Shown piece after piece: positions 19,578 through 28,681 of a DNA stretch of 64,000 nucleotides; within the stretch, counting starts at the first letter, position 1, and every line of letters begins with the position of its first letter. This DNA comes from Oceanispirochaeta sp. (lineage in GTDB: Bacteria > Spirochaetota > Spirochaetia > DSM-2461): the NCBI GenBank assembly GCA_963666275.2, contig CAXXOA010000001.1:128001-192000 (forward strand). The letters run 5' to 3'. Under the pieces are notes generated by a model. The model worked only from the letters and a program-made list of their open reading frames with translations, was not told the origin of the DNA and did no database searches. The translations under genes were made by a program, and so were the position numbers.

Positions 19578-20072
19578 ATTATAAAAAGCAAAAGGGACCC
19601 TTGCGGATCCCTTTGATTTTTTGTTTTTAGCAGGGGCTTATTTTATGGTTTCGGCAAAGGAATTGCAGACTCGCTTTTATTCGTCGGCATCGTGCCTCCT
19701 CATAAAAGCCGTCTCCGGGGTATTCGGCCATCCCTGGCCTCAGCGCTCCAGTGGAGATCGTTCCTCGGTGCCCTGCGGTACGACTCCTTTTCGCGCAAAC
19801 CCCTCCGCTTCGAGTCCTACCCCTGGGGTTGGTTCTAAAAGCAAAAGGGACCCTTGCGGATCCCTTTGTTTTTTTGTTTTTAGCAGGGGTAGGACTCCTG
19901 TCCAGTCATCGGCATCGTGCCGATTCCTTCCCAGCCGGCTTGATAGACTAAATCGACGTCCTGTCGATTTGCGCTCCAGGTATTCGCGCCGTCTATTCCG
20001 CTTCGAGTCCTACCCCGTAAATTGGTTATAAAAGCAAAAGGGACCCTTGCGGATCCCTTTGTTTTTTGTTTT
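19578..20072 (-). repeat. tandem tRNA-linked repeat array B (one ~250 bp variant unit, one ~190 bp unit, 3 terminator copies)
   Basis: AAAGGGACCCTTGCGGATCCCTTTG hairpin x3; unit 19881-20016 nearly identical to array A units; 19628-19825 has a different interior. Confidence 0.93.
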
Positions 20073-20145
20073 TAGCAGGGGTAGGACTCGAACCTACGGC
20101 CTTCGGGTTATGAGCCCGACGAGCTGCCAACTGCTCCACCCTGCG
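20073..20145 (-). tRNA. initiator tRNA-fMet(CAT), copy 2
   Basis: Identical to 19132-19204; own TTGACT promoter upstream. Confidence 0.97.
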
Positions 20146-20206
20146 TCGTGTCTGGAGAGGGTATAGGTTTCGGCATTTTTAGTCAAGGGTTCTGAGTTTT
20201 TTCTTT

Positions 20207-20908
20207 TCAGGACCGGAAAAACCGGTGGTCTTCGTCGATCGCTCCCTGCAGTACTTTTTTGGCATGAAAAAAGAGCACCACAAGGAGGGGGAGGCTCAGC
20301 CAGGCAAGGGGGCCGCCATAAAAGAGAAAGAAATCATACAGTCCATGGTAAAGAACCGCCAGAAAGAGCCCCAGAGGGATGAGGGGAAGATTATCCATTT
20401 TGGCTTTGCCTATGTAATATCCCATCAGGCCGGAAGTCAGGCCGTGAAGAGGCACGGCGGTAACCCCTCTTGTGAGAAGCACGGCAATGGAGTTGTAACT
20501 GTTCATGCTGTATATGATATTTTCCAGAAAGGCAAATCCCAGACCTGCTGCCATGGTGTATATGATTCCGTCGGTCACCTCATCGAACTCCGGATGAGGG
20601 TAGATATACCTTTTGACGACAAAGAGTTTACAGCTCTCTTCCACAAGGCCGGCTACAATAAAGGCCCGGAAGGCAATGAGCATTAGGGGAGACAGGCCGT
20701 AAGGGGTCATCCTGCCCAGCATCAGTTCAATGATGATAGCCGGTATGGTGGAGAGGATCCCCAGGAAGAATGCTTTCATGACGATGCGTCCGGGTTCCGG
20801 CCGGGGATCTCTTTTATAGAAATAGTTCAGAAGCAGGAGCGCAGGAATCAGAGCGAGGAGGAAACTGATTACCTGCGGGAGCAGGAGCAGGTAAAGGAGA
20901 AAAGTCAT
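20207..20908 (-). CDS. prsW: PrsW family intramembrane metalloprotease
   Basis: D..PEP, EExxK (EESCK), GLGFA..EN..Y, R..TAVP.H, HGLYD. Confidence 0.9.
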   Translation of the reverse strand: MTFLLYLLLLPQVISFLLALIPALLLLNYFYKRDPRPEPGRIVMKAFFLGILSTIPAIIIELMLGRMTPYGLSPLMLIAFRAFIVAGLVEESCKLFVVKRYIYPHPEFDEVTDGIIYTMAAGLGFAFLENIIYSMNSYNSIAVLLTRGVTAVPLHGLTSGLMGYYIGKAKMDNLPLIPLGLFLAVLYHGLYDFFLFYGGPLAWLSLPLLVVLFFHAKKVLQGAIDEDHRFFRS

Positions 20909-21969
20909 TGACTCTCCTTAAGGCACTGCTGCAGTATGCGTATGAATTCCCTGTTCTGGTCTTCCGTCCCAATGGTATAGCGGATCCACTTGTCCATGGT
21001 AAATGATCCCAGGGGGCGGATCGCCATGCCCTGATCAAGGAAGTAGTCAAATACACCCTGGCTGTCTATTCCTGTTTGAATACAGAGGAAGTTTGCCTGA
21101 GTCGGGTAGTAGAAAATGCCCATCGCATCCAGTTCTCTGTAAAGGTACTCCTTTCCCTTCCGGCAGAGTTCCATGGTCCTTTCGATAAAATTCCTGTCCT
21201 CCAGAGCGGCGACTCCTGCCGACTGGGCCAGTTTATTCACGTTGAAGGCCTGTTTTGTCCTGAGAATCTGATCGATGATCTCCGGATGAGCCATTCCGAA
21301 GCCGATTCTCAAACCGGCCAGACCGTAGATTTTGGAAAAGGTATGTGTGACGATGATTCTTTTATTTTCCATAATGAGTTCATCCCCGAAGGGGAAGTCT
21401 CCGGCTGTTACAAATTCACTGTAGGCTTCATCCAGGATAACGAGCACATGAGAGGGAAGGGCCTTCAGCAGTTCATCCAGTTCTGTCCTGTTCAGATAGG
21501 TTCCTGTGGGATTGTTCGGATTGGCAATAAAAAGAAGCTTTGTTTTACTGCAGACAGCTTCCCGCAGAGCTTTCGTGTCAAACCTGCCCTCTCTGAGAGG
21601 AACTTTTTTGACTGTACCGCCGAAAAGGAGCCCTGAAAAATTATATTCTGAAAAGGTTTCCACTGCGGTAACAACTTCATCCCCCTCTTCCAGATAGGTT
21701 CCGGAGATCATGGCCAGGATCTCATCAGAACCGTTCCCTGCAATAAAACACTCTTCGGGTAGTCCATAGTGCTTTGCCAGAGCCGACCGAAGATCTCCTG
21801 ACATCCCGTCGGGATAGCGGTGGAGATGATTCAGTTCCTGCGTTATGGCGGATAGGGCCCGGGGAGATGGTCCCAGGGGATTTTCATTGGAAGAGAGTTT
21901 GACAGCTCCCGGACGGGATTTACCCGGGCTGTACAGCTTTACGGATTCAAGAGTTCTGCGGATTTTCAT
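20905..21969 (-). CDS. hisC: histidinol-phosphate aminotransferase
   Basis: KLSSNENPLG, RYPD, GNGSDE, NPNNPTG, DEAY, TFSK.YGLAGLRIG. Confidence 0.9.
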   Translation of the reverse strand: MKIRRTLESVKLYSPGKSRPGAVKLSSNENPLGPSPRALSAITQELNHLHRYPDGMSGDLRSALAKHYGLPEECFIAGNGSDEILAMISGTYLEEGDEVVTAVETFSEYNFSGLLFGGTVKKVPLREGRFDTKALREAVCSKTKLLFIANPNNPTGTYLNRTELDELLKALPSHVLVILDEAYSEFVTAGDFPFGDELIMENKRIIVTHTFSKIYGLAGLRIGFGMAHPEIIDQILRTKQAFNVNKLAQSAGVAALEDRNFIERTMELCRKGKEYLYRELDAMGIFYYPTQANFLCIQTGIDSQGVFDYFLDQGMAIRPLGSFTMDKWIRYTIGTEDQNREFIRILQQCLKESQ

Positions 21970-21996
21970 ATGGTCTCCCGGATGGTCTGGATTATT

Positions 21997-23409
21997 TTAA
22001 GCCATTACATATTTATGCAGGATTTTTTTAAGGTCAATAGGGCTCACGGGTTTCCCCAGAAAATCATCAATTCCCGCATTGAGAATCTTTTCCTTGTCTT
22101 CCGCCAGTGCCAGAGCTGTCAGGGCTATAATGGGAACGGGGGTTTTCGTCTGTCCTTCGAGCTTCCGGATTTCTCTGGCCGTGTCATATCCATCCATAAT
22201 GGGCATCTGAATATCCATCAGTACAATATCCGGGGAATTTTCCCTGTAGAGCTGAAGCCCCTCTTTGCCGTTTTCCGCTGTGATCACCTGATATCCGGCT
22301 TTTTCCATGGTACGGACTGCAAGGAGCTGGTTGACCCTGTTGTCCTCCATCAGGAGAACCAGGGGGCCGTTCTGGTGGGAGTGTCTGATCTTTTCCTGTT
22401 CCAGTTCTTCCTTATGGGTTACGGGAAGCAGATCACTCTGTACCGGTCCGGGGGACTCCAGGGGTAGAAAAAACCGGAAGGTGCTTCCTTTATTCGCCTG
22501 GCTGCGAACGTCGATCATGCCTCCCATGCTGCTTGTTAAATAGGCGCATATGGCCAGTCCCAGTCCAGTCCCTCCGTATTTTCTTGTGGTGGAAGAGTCC
22601 ACCTGAGTAAAGGACCGGAACAGCAGATGCTGCCTGTTCAGAGGAATCCCTATCCCCGAGTCGGCGATGTAGAAGTAGAGGCGGGGAGGTTCTGTTTCCG
22701 GATCAAGACAGGTGGATATCTCTATGTACCCTTTTTTTGTGAACTTCAAGGCATTGCTCAGAAGATTCATAATGATCTGACGGATCCGGACAGGGTCTCC
22801 TATCATCTGCCGGGGTATATCCGGAGACGGGTTGTAACGGAATTCCAGCCCTTTGGATTTCACCTGGGGGGTAAAAATCCTGATAATGTCATCCATGAAA
22901 TTTTTATAGTCAAATGGAATGCTTTCAATCGTAAGTTTGCCTGATTCAATTTTCGAATAGTCCAGAATATCATTTATAACCCGCATCAGCGAATCAGCCG
23001 AAAGCCGGATGACTTCCATATACTCCCTGAGGACGGGGGACATCTCCTCTTCCATCGCCAGGTCTGTCATGCCGACAATCCCGTTCATGGGTGTCCGTAT
23101 CTCATGGGTCATGGAGGCGAGGAATGTACTGCTTGAATTTCTGTCTTCCGTCGTGGTCGCCCCTGATTTCTGAAGGCGCCACATAATGAGTCCTCCCCCC
23201 CCCTCATGGGAGATCTCCTCCAGCTGTATCTCTCCCTGTTTCGGAGTGAGAAGAGCATGAATGTGCCTGTCTTTCAGATCCTTTTTACTGATATTCAGCA
23301 GATCCTGAGCATTGGAGTTAGCTATTTTTATTATCCCTGCTTCGTCGGTAATCATCAGGGCTTCTTTCATTTTATCAAAGAGTTCTGTCAATTGATGAAT
23401 CTTGATCAA
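21997..23409 (-). CDS. cytoplasmic hybrid histidine kinase (PAS-like, HisKA, HATPase, REC)
   Basis: FLASMTHEIRTPMNG, NLLSNALKFT, DSGIG, GGTGLGL, receiver EDN..LMDIQMP..KP. Confidence 0.93.
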   Translation of the reverse strand: MIKIHQLTELFDKMKEALMITDEAGIIKIANSNAQDLLNISKKDLKDRHIHALLTPKQGEIQLEEISHEGGGGLIMWRLQKSGATTTEDRNSSSTFLASMTHEIRTPMNGIVGMTDLAMEEEMSPVLREYMEVIRLSADSLMRVINDILDYSKIESGKLTIESIPFDYKNFMDDIIRIFTPQVKSKGLEFRYNPSPDIPRQMIGDPVRIRQIIMNLLSNALKFTKKGYIEISTCLDPETEPPRLYFYIADSGIGIPLNRQHLLFRSFTQVDSSTTRKYGGTGLGLAICAYLTSSMGGMIDVRSQANKGSTFRFFLPLESPGPVQSDLLPVTHKEELEQEKIRHSHQNGPLVLLMEDNRVNQLLAVRTMEKAGYQVITAENGKEGLQLYRENSPDIVLMDIQMPIMDGYDTAREIRKLEGQTKTPVPIIALTALALAEDKEKILNAGIDDFLGKPVSPIDLKKILHKYVMA

Positions 23410-25595
23410 AAACTTCCTCCGTATTTGAATATCTGGTAGGTAAAATAGACCGCAGCCAGAGTATTGGACGGATCTGCCAGTTCCAGATTAAAATTTTCTA
23501 TTGCCTTTACCAGAGGCAGCCGGGTCCCCGAGAAATCGGCCTTATTCAGTTCCTCCCGGCACCAGATCCAGATGCCCGAATAATCCTTCTGACTGAAACA
23601 CTCATCCATCCAGGATCTTTTATTATGAAAAAACTGCATCTCTCTGGCTTCGTCCAGCAGAATTGCCATTCCTTCTCCGGGAACATCGTTGTTCTTCTGA
23701 TAAATCCATCCCAGCGGGGGATTCAGATTTATCTGCCGGGACGCCAGGGTTGTCATATTCTGAAAATAGGTTTCTCCCTGTCTGAGGCATCTTTCATCAA
23801 ACAGGATTTCAATCCAGTCTCCCTTAGGTTGTATTTTATGCAACGCGATCAGATAATTCAAATCAGATTTCAGAGACTTTCCCAATCCTTTGAGGAATCG
23901 TTCCCATATATCCCTGTAGTATTCGTTCACTCCGATCCTTGCCAGGGATTTGGCTGCATTGGAGGCCATCAGGTTGTCCGGATCACCAAGTAGTCTCAGA
24001 AGCAGTTCTTTTACCCGGTCATCAGGGTAGGCTCCCAGGGCAAAAAGAGCCTCTTCTCTGTTAAAACCCATGGGATCTTCCGCTTCTCTCATCAGTTCCG
24101 GGAGGAGATCGGGTCTCTTTTTTTCAAACAGGGTCTTGATGATCTCTCCCCGTTCATCCGAAAGGGGCTGAAGGAAGATCTGCCGGATCTCATCATCCGC
24201 CAGGGAGGACCCGGAATACCCCAGGGAGAGGAGAAGGGACTTCCGTTTCAGAGTGGAATTGTAGGTATTCAACCGGTTAATATCCCGGAAAGTCCGCAGA
24301 TGATCCACAGAAAGGAGCATCGTCCAGGCCTGCTTTAATGAAACGCTGCCGGCTTCTTCAAACCGGGATGCCGTTATGGTAATGATCAGGCTTAAAATAA
24401 CGCCGATGAAGAAGGTCAGACCGTAAACGTTCAGAAACGGGAGAGTTCCCAGTTCGGAAAAGTCCGCCAGGGCCCCCCCCAGGAAGCCGAGGATAAAGGC
24501 CAGGATTGAGGTGATAAAAACATCCATAGAGGTAAAACTTATGGAATCTGTTTCCGGTATGGACTGAATGAAGAGCCTGGAAGCCAGCAGAACCAGCATG
24601 TTCTGGGCCATCACGGACAGGAACCCCATAATGTAGAAAAACTCAACACTTCTGTCGGTATGAGCAGTCATCCAGATAATCCAGAGCACAGACGTGGCAA
24701 CCGCTGTGGGAAGAATGAAGGGACGGCTTCCGAGCCTGTCTGCGAAAGGACGGATAAGCTGGGCTCCTATGATGGCAGCCAGGGTGATGATGATGGAATA
24801 GAGGAACACCATAGGGGCGGAAAAGCCCGCGTATTTTCTCAGAAAGGGGATTGTCATGCCTCCCAGGATCTCGATGCCGACACTGCACCAGCGGATAATC
24901 AGGATCCTTCTCTCCCGGGGAGATTTCATATTCTCCAGGAAAAGGCTTCCCACATGACGGCCTTTCTTGTGCTCAATAATTTCCCGGCTGGGAATCTTTT
25001 TGAAGGCTGCAAAGGAGAATGTATTGGAAATGAAGCCCAGAACCTGGAGGAAGAGGATCTCTGTCAATTCGGAAAAGTAGCTTGTCATCGTTACCAGATA
25101 GCTGAAAATCCTTGAAAAAATTGCCACCGTGTTGAACCGGGTTGAGGAGGTCATGACAACCTCTCCCCTGGTTCTGCTTGTGGAGATCATCTGCTGGATA
25201 TTCTGCTGCACTGCGACGCCCAGGGTCCTTGAAATACAGAAAAGGGTGTAGATCGTCAGAATCAGGTAGACCGCTTTCTGACCGGAAAGGAACGGGAGGG
25301 CAAGGTAGCCCAGAGCGGTGGTCCCCCGGAAGAACCAGGCGGTTGTTCCGACGGATTTAATGGATTTACCGTTAAAAATCCTTGTATAGAAGAGCAGGGA
25401 CAAGCCTGTGATAAACATAACCGAAGAGATATAGCCCAGCTGGGTATTATTGGCACCGTAAAGTATGGCCATCAGGTAAACTGTTGTATTGCCCAGAAAA
25501 CTGAAGCCCATACCGTTCAAACCGGCAAATCTGTAAAAATACCGTCTTCCTGTCTCACGCTCAGCCTGAGACAGGTATTTTGTTTTCTTAATCAT
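23406..25595 (-). CDS. MFS-like transporter fused to C-terminal HEAT-repeat domain
   Basis: About 12 hydrophobic segments with ADRLGSR motif, then REEALFALG...ASNAAKSLARIG HEAT-like repeats. Confidence 0.75.
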   Translation of the reverse strand: MIKKTKYLSQAERETGRRYFYRFAGLNGMGFSFLGNTTVYLMAILYGANNTQLGYISSVMFITGLSLLFYTRIFNGKSIKSVGTTAWFFRGTTALGYLALPFLSGQKAVYLILTIYTLFCISRTLGVAVQQNIQQMISTSRTRGEVVMTSSTRFNTVAIFSRIFSYLVTMTSYFSELTEILFLQVLGFISNTFSFAAFKKIPSREIIEHKKGRHVGSLFLENMKSPRERRILIIRWCSVGIEILGGMTIPFLRKYAGFSAPMVFLYSIIITLAAIIGAQLIRPFADRLGSRPFILPTAVATSVLWIIWMTAHTDRSVEFFYIMGFLSVMAQNMLVLLASRLFIQSIPETDSISFTSMDVFITSILAFILGFLGGALADFSELGTLPFLNVYGLTFFIGVILSLIITITASRFEEAGSVSLKQAWTMLLSVDHLRTFRDINRLNTYNSTLKRKSLLLSLGYSGSSLADDEIRQIFLQPLSDERGEIIKTLFEKKRPDLLPELMREAEDPMGFNREEALFALGAYPDDRVKELLLRLLGDPDNLMASNAAKSLARIGVNEYYRDIWERFLKGLGKSLKSDLNYLIALHKIQPKGDWIEILFDERCLRQGETYFQNMTTLASRQINLNPPLGWIYQKNNDVPGEGMAILLDEAREMQFFHNKRSWMDECFSQKDYSGIWIWCREELNKADFSGTRLPLVKAIENFNLELADPSNTLAAVYFTYQIFKYGGSF

Positions 25596-25784
25596 TCCCT
25601 AATCCATGAAATTGATTGATAAATGGTTGTTTTACAACTATAGGTTGTCCTCACTTCCGGGTAAAGATCATTTTTATTAAAAAATTATGTAACCCCCTGT
25701 GGTGAGAACAGTTTTTCTATTGAGAGCGCAGCTTAAGGCTCTTAAACAGCTTTTTTTCTTTTTTGATGAATTTCTCCAATTCAA

Positions 25785-25822
25785 GCCCCCGGTTTTCCTC
25801 CTTTTCCGGGGGCACTTTTTTT
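25785..25822 (+). terminator. orphan terminator hairpin with CCTCCTT loop (candidate sRNA 3' end)
   Basis: GCCCCCGG-TTTTCCTCCTTTT-CCGGGGGC-ACTTTTTTT; no plus-strand CDS upstream. Confidence 0.6.
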
Positions 25823-26004
25823 ATAAGTCAAAATAAACGGCTGCCAACGGGGACTGATTGGAGATTCAGGCTGTTACAGGATTCTCCGATAGGCCATACA
25901 ATATTTTTACCGGATTCACTGCAGGGGGGGGCAATTTTTCTTTCATTTTTCTCTTTTTATTCTGTCCCACTCGGGAGGGATATTTTCTGTCATTAGAATG
26001 GGGC

Positions 26005-26041
26005 AAAAAAAGCCCCCGGGAAAAGGAGGAAACCCGGGGGC
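26005..26041 (-). terminator. terminator hairpin with CCTCCTT loop
   Basis: Minus strand GCCCCCGGG-TTTCCTCCTTTT-CCCGGGGGC-TTTTTTT; inverted near-copy of 25785-25813. Confidence 0.65.
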
Positions 26042-26150
26042 GAAGAAAAAAAAATGAAACTACAAACCCAAAAGAAATCTTTGCTATTTAACCCTAAAAC
26101 AGAACTCTCCCCGGGAGGGTTACACTTTTTTTTCAGTTTTTTTATTTTCT

Positions 26151-28115
26151 TCAGTCCGCGGCGGAGAAGAAATTCTGGAACTCATCATCGGCCTGACGGA
26201 TATAACCTGCCAGGCATTCGTCGCTGCAGGAGGCCATCTCCTCGAAGGTACAGCTGATATCCGTATTGATATCTTCACTGTGCCGGACATAGGTCGTCTG
26301 ATAGAGGGAAAGCTTTTTTGTCCTGTGTATTCCGATTTCAAGGAGTTTCCTGGCTCCCTGACGGATAAGTTTCAGTTTTTCCAGCAGGTCTTCATGGGAT
26401 TCGATGCTCCAGACCCCCAGGAATATAGGCTGGTTGTCATTGTTGATATCTCCCAGAAATTCCCCTCTCAGGCATTTGTTCCGGTCGCTTTTCAGGTAGG
26501 GGACAAAATCAAGATGTTCCGCCAGTTTTCTGTCGGTTGCAAGGAAGTCCCCAGTTGCGGGATTCAGGGTAAAGATAATCACATTTTCAAGGGCCTGGCC
26601 GTAGCTTTTGAACAGAGCTCCCAGGTAGTCTTTCCTTTCTATCGCCAGGAAGAGTTTATCCCTTTTTTCTTTGATGGCATCGGCTATTTCAAGGAGCCAC
26701 TGCCTCATCGCATCGTATTCACAGCGGTAGGTTTCCACTTCGCCTGCAAAGGCTGACCTGTCTACAGCTCCCTGCAGATAGGAGAGAACGGTCCTGTAGA
26801 TCATTCTTATGTTGTGAAATTTGCTGAATTTGAGTATAAGGTCAAAAAGGAAAATCTCCATTTTCCGGAGCTGCCAGATAGAGGCTATATAATCAGTCCT
26901 TTCAGCATCATCATTTTTTACAGGCTCCTCCCAGAGTATCTTGAACTCATTGAGCCTTCTGTCCATCTGAATATACCATTTATCCATGGGGCCGGAGACT
27001 TTGGTGAGTGTGATATACCAGGTGGTGCCTTCTCCCTCGACACTTTCAATCTGAATGTTCCGGGCACCGAAGGTGGAGTAGATCTGCCGGGTTCCAAGGC
27101 CCTCTCCCGTCTTTTTTCCTTTGGTGGTCACTCCCACAAAGGCGGGAATCCCTTCGGCATTCCTGACTAGCTTTTCCGGGGGGATCCCTTCGCCGTTGTC
27201 TTTCAGCATAAGGTGTACCAGGTCCTCTTTCCGGCTGATGCTGATCTCAATGACCCCTCTCCGCCCTGTTTCGCTGATCGACTCCAGGGAGTTGGAAACC
27301 ATATTGATCAGGGCTCTTCCCATATCCATGTAATATCCCCTCACCATGGGCATCCTTGAGCTGAGCTTCAGGTGAAGTTCGCAGGGGATGGTGGAGGCCT
27401 CAATGTAGGGAACGATCCTGTCCAGGATCACTTCCTGAATATTCACCTTATGGACTATCTGCATGGAGTCGCGGAAAGAGTTGAGCATATTGATAAGGGT
27501 GGTGGTTTCCCTGTTGATATCCTCGATGATCCTGTCTCCGTTGTCCACCGAAAGCATATCGACCATGCTGCTCATGAGCCGGAGGATCTTGCGGGCATCA
27601 TGTCTCGTCTTCCCGATCTCCTCATCGGATTTCTGAAAGCCCTTCTCTTCTGTGGACGTCTGGACAAGGATCGCCTCTTTTTCCGCATACAGATGGTTGT
27701 ATATCAGGTTCCTGTAGACAATCGGATCCTCTGAGAGAAACCCTTTGCTGTGGAAGAACTCTATGGTATCAATCTGTTTTTCCCATATGTAGACGTAGAC
27801 TCTGGACTTCTCGGGGATGCTGCGGGAGAGGTGCTCGATGAAGCTTGTTCCGATCCCTCTGCCCCGGCCGAAGGGACTGGTGACTATTTTATAAATCAGG
27901 AAGCTTTTCTTTTCCCGGTCCGAATAGACAATCATATACCCCAGGATTTCGCCTTCATCGATCCAGACGGCACTGAATTCCCTGTCTTTGCTTATTTCCG
28001 GGTCCTGTACGTAGGGGGAGGGGATAATGAATGTGTCGATATTCAGCAGAGGATTCTGCAGAACCTGATCCTCTATCTCCTGTGTGAGGGGCCGGATATG
28101 ATGGTGCTGACTCAT
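26151..28115 (-). CDS. GNAT acetyltransferase - histidine kinase - unknown C-terminal domain fusion
   Basis: GNAT motif A (RGRGIG) and FF...GF; H-box-like RHDARK; N-box NMVSNS, DNGEG, GEGLG; about 280 aa unassigned C-terminus. Confidence 0.8.
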   Translation of the reverse strand: MSQHHHIRPLTQEIEDQVLQNPLLNIDTFIIPSPYVQDPEISKDREFSAVWIDEGEILGYMIVYSDREKKSFLIYKIVTSPFGRGRGIGTSFIEHLSRSIPEKSRVYVYIWEKQIDTIEFFHSKGFLSEDPIVYRNLIYNHLYAEKEAILVQTSTEEKGFQKSDEEIGKTRHDARKILRLMSSMVDMLSVDNGDRIIEDINRETTTLINMLNSFRDSMQIVHKVNIQEVILDRIVPYIEASTIPCELHLKLSSRMPMVRGYYMDMGRALINMVSNSLESISETGRRGVIEISISRKEDLVHLMLKDNGEGIPPEKLVRNAEGIPAFVGVTTKGKKTGEGLGTRQIYSTFGARNIQIESVEGEGTTWYITLTKVSGPMDKWYIQMDRRLNEFKILWEEPVKNDDAERTDYIASIWQLRKMEIFLFDLILKFSKFHNIRMIYRTVLSYLQGAVDRSAFAGEVETYRCEYDAMRQWLLEIADAIKEKRDKLFLAIERKDYLGALFKSYGQALENVIIFTLNPATGDFLATDRKLAEHLDFVPYLKSDRNKCLRGEFLGDINNDNQPIFLGVWSIESHEDLLEKLKLIRQGARKLLEIGIHRTKKLSLYQTTYVRHSEDINTDISCTFEEMASCSDECLAGYIRQADDEFQNFFSAAD

Positions 28116-28681
28116 GGTTCCCCGGCCAGGTCCAGTTCGGCGGCGGCTTTCCGCATTCCCTCAATGGTCATGGTTATGAGTTCGGTCAGTTCCATTCCCA
28201 GCATTTCAGCGCCTTTTTCAATGATCCCTCTGTCGACTCCTGCAGAAAACTGTTTGGCTTTCCATTTCTTTCTGACCGATTTCGCTGTCATATCCAGAAT
28301 GCTTCTGGAAGGGCGTACCAGAGCCGTGGCTGTGATAAGTCCTGTCAGCTCGTCTGTGGCAAAAAGTACTTTTTCCATCTCCTCTACCGGTTCGACATCA
28401 CTGCAGATTCCCCAGCCATGAGAAACAACCGCATGAATATACTCTTCCGGCCATCCCCTCTCTTTCAGGATCTGTTCGCTCATCGTGCAGTGCCGGTCCG
28501 GGTACATCTCATAATCCAGATCGTGGAGTAGCCCTATGACGCCCCATTTTTCAGGATCTTCCCCTTTTATCTGCGCCGCATGCTTCATCACGGCTTCAAC
28601 TGCCAGGGCATGTTTATACAAACTGTCGGATTTGTTGAACTCTCTGAAAAGTTCCAGTGCCGCCTCTCTGTCAATTTTCAC
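28112..28681 (-). CDS. HD-domain (HDIG-like) hydrolase
   Basis: H.LAVEA.M, GLLHDLDYE, SH, DELTG, RPS, F.AGVDR. Confidence 0.88.
   Translation of the reverse strand: MKIDREAALELFREFNKSDSLYKHALAVEAVMKHAAQIKGEDPEKWGVIGLLHDLDYEMYPDRHCTMSEQILKERGWPEEYIHAVVSHGWGICSDVEPVEEMEKVLFATDELTGLITATALVRPSRSILDMTAKSVRKKWKAKQFSAGVDRGIIEKGAEMLGMELTELITMTIEGMRKAAAELDLAGEP

Noticed and set aside
18938..20031. ORFs 18938-19198, 19621-20031 and 19751-19951
   Set aside because: They run through tRNA and repeat sequence; no protein features
18697..20072. CRISPR array interpretation of the repeats
   Set aside because: Period is about 192 bp, interiors are near-identical rather than unique spacers, and there are no cas genes
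18697..20145. Prophage/ICE with attL/attR at tRNA-Met
   Set aside because: The duplicated tRNA ends enclose only about 130-200 bp and no integrase is present in the window
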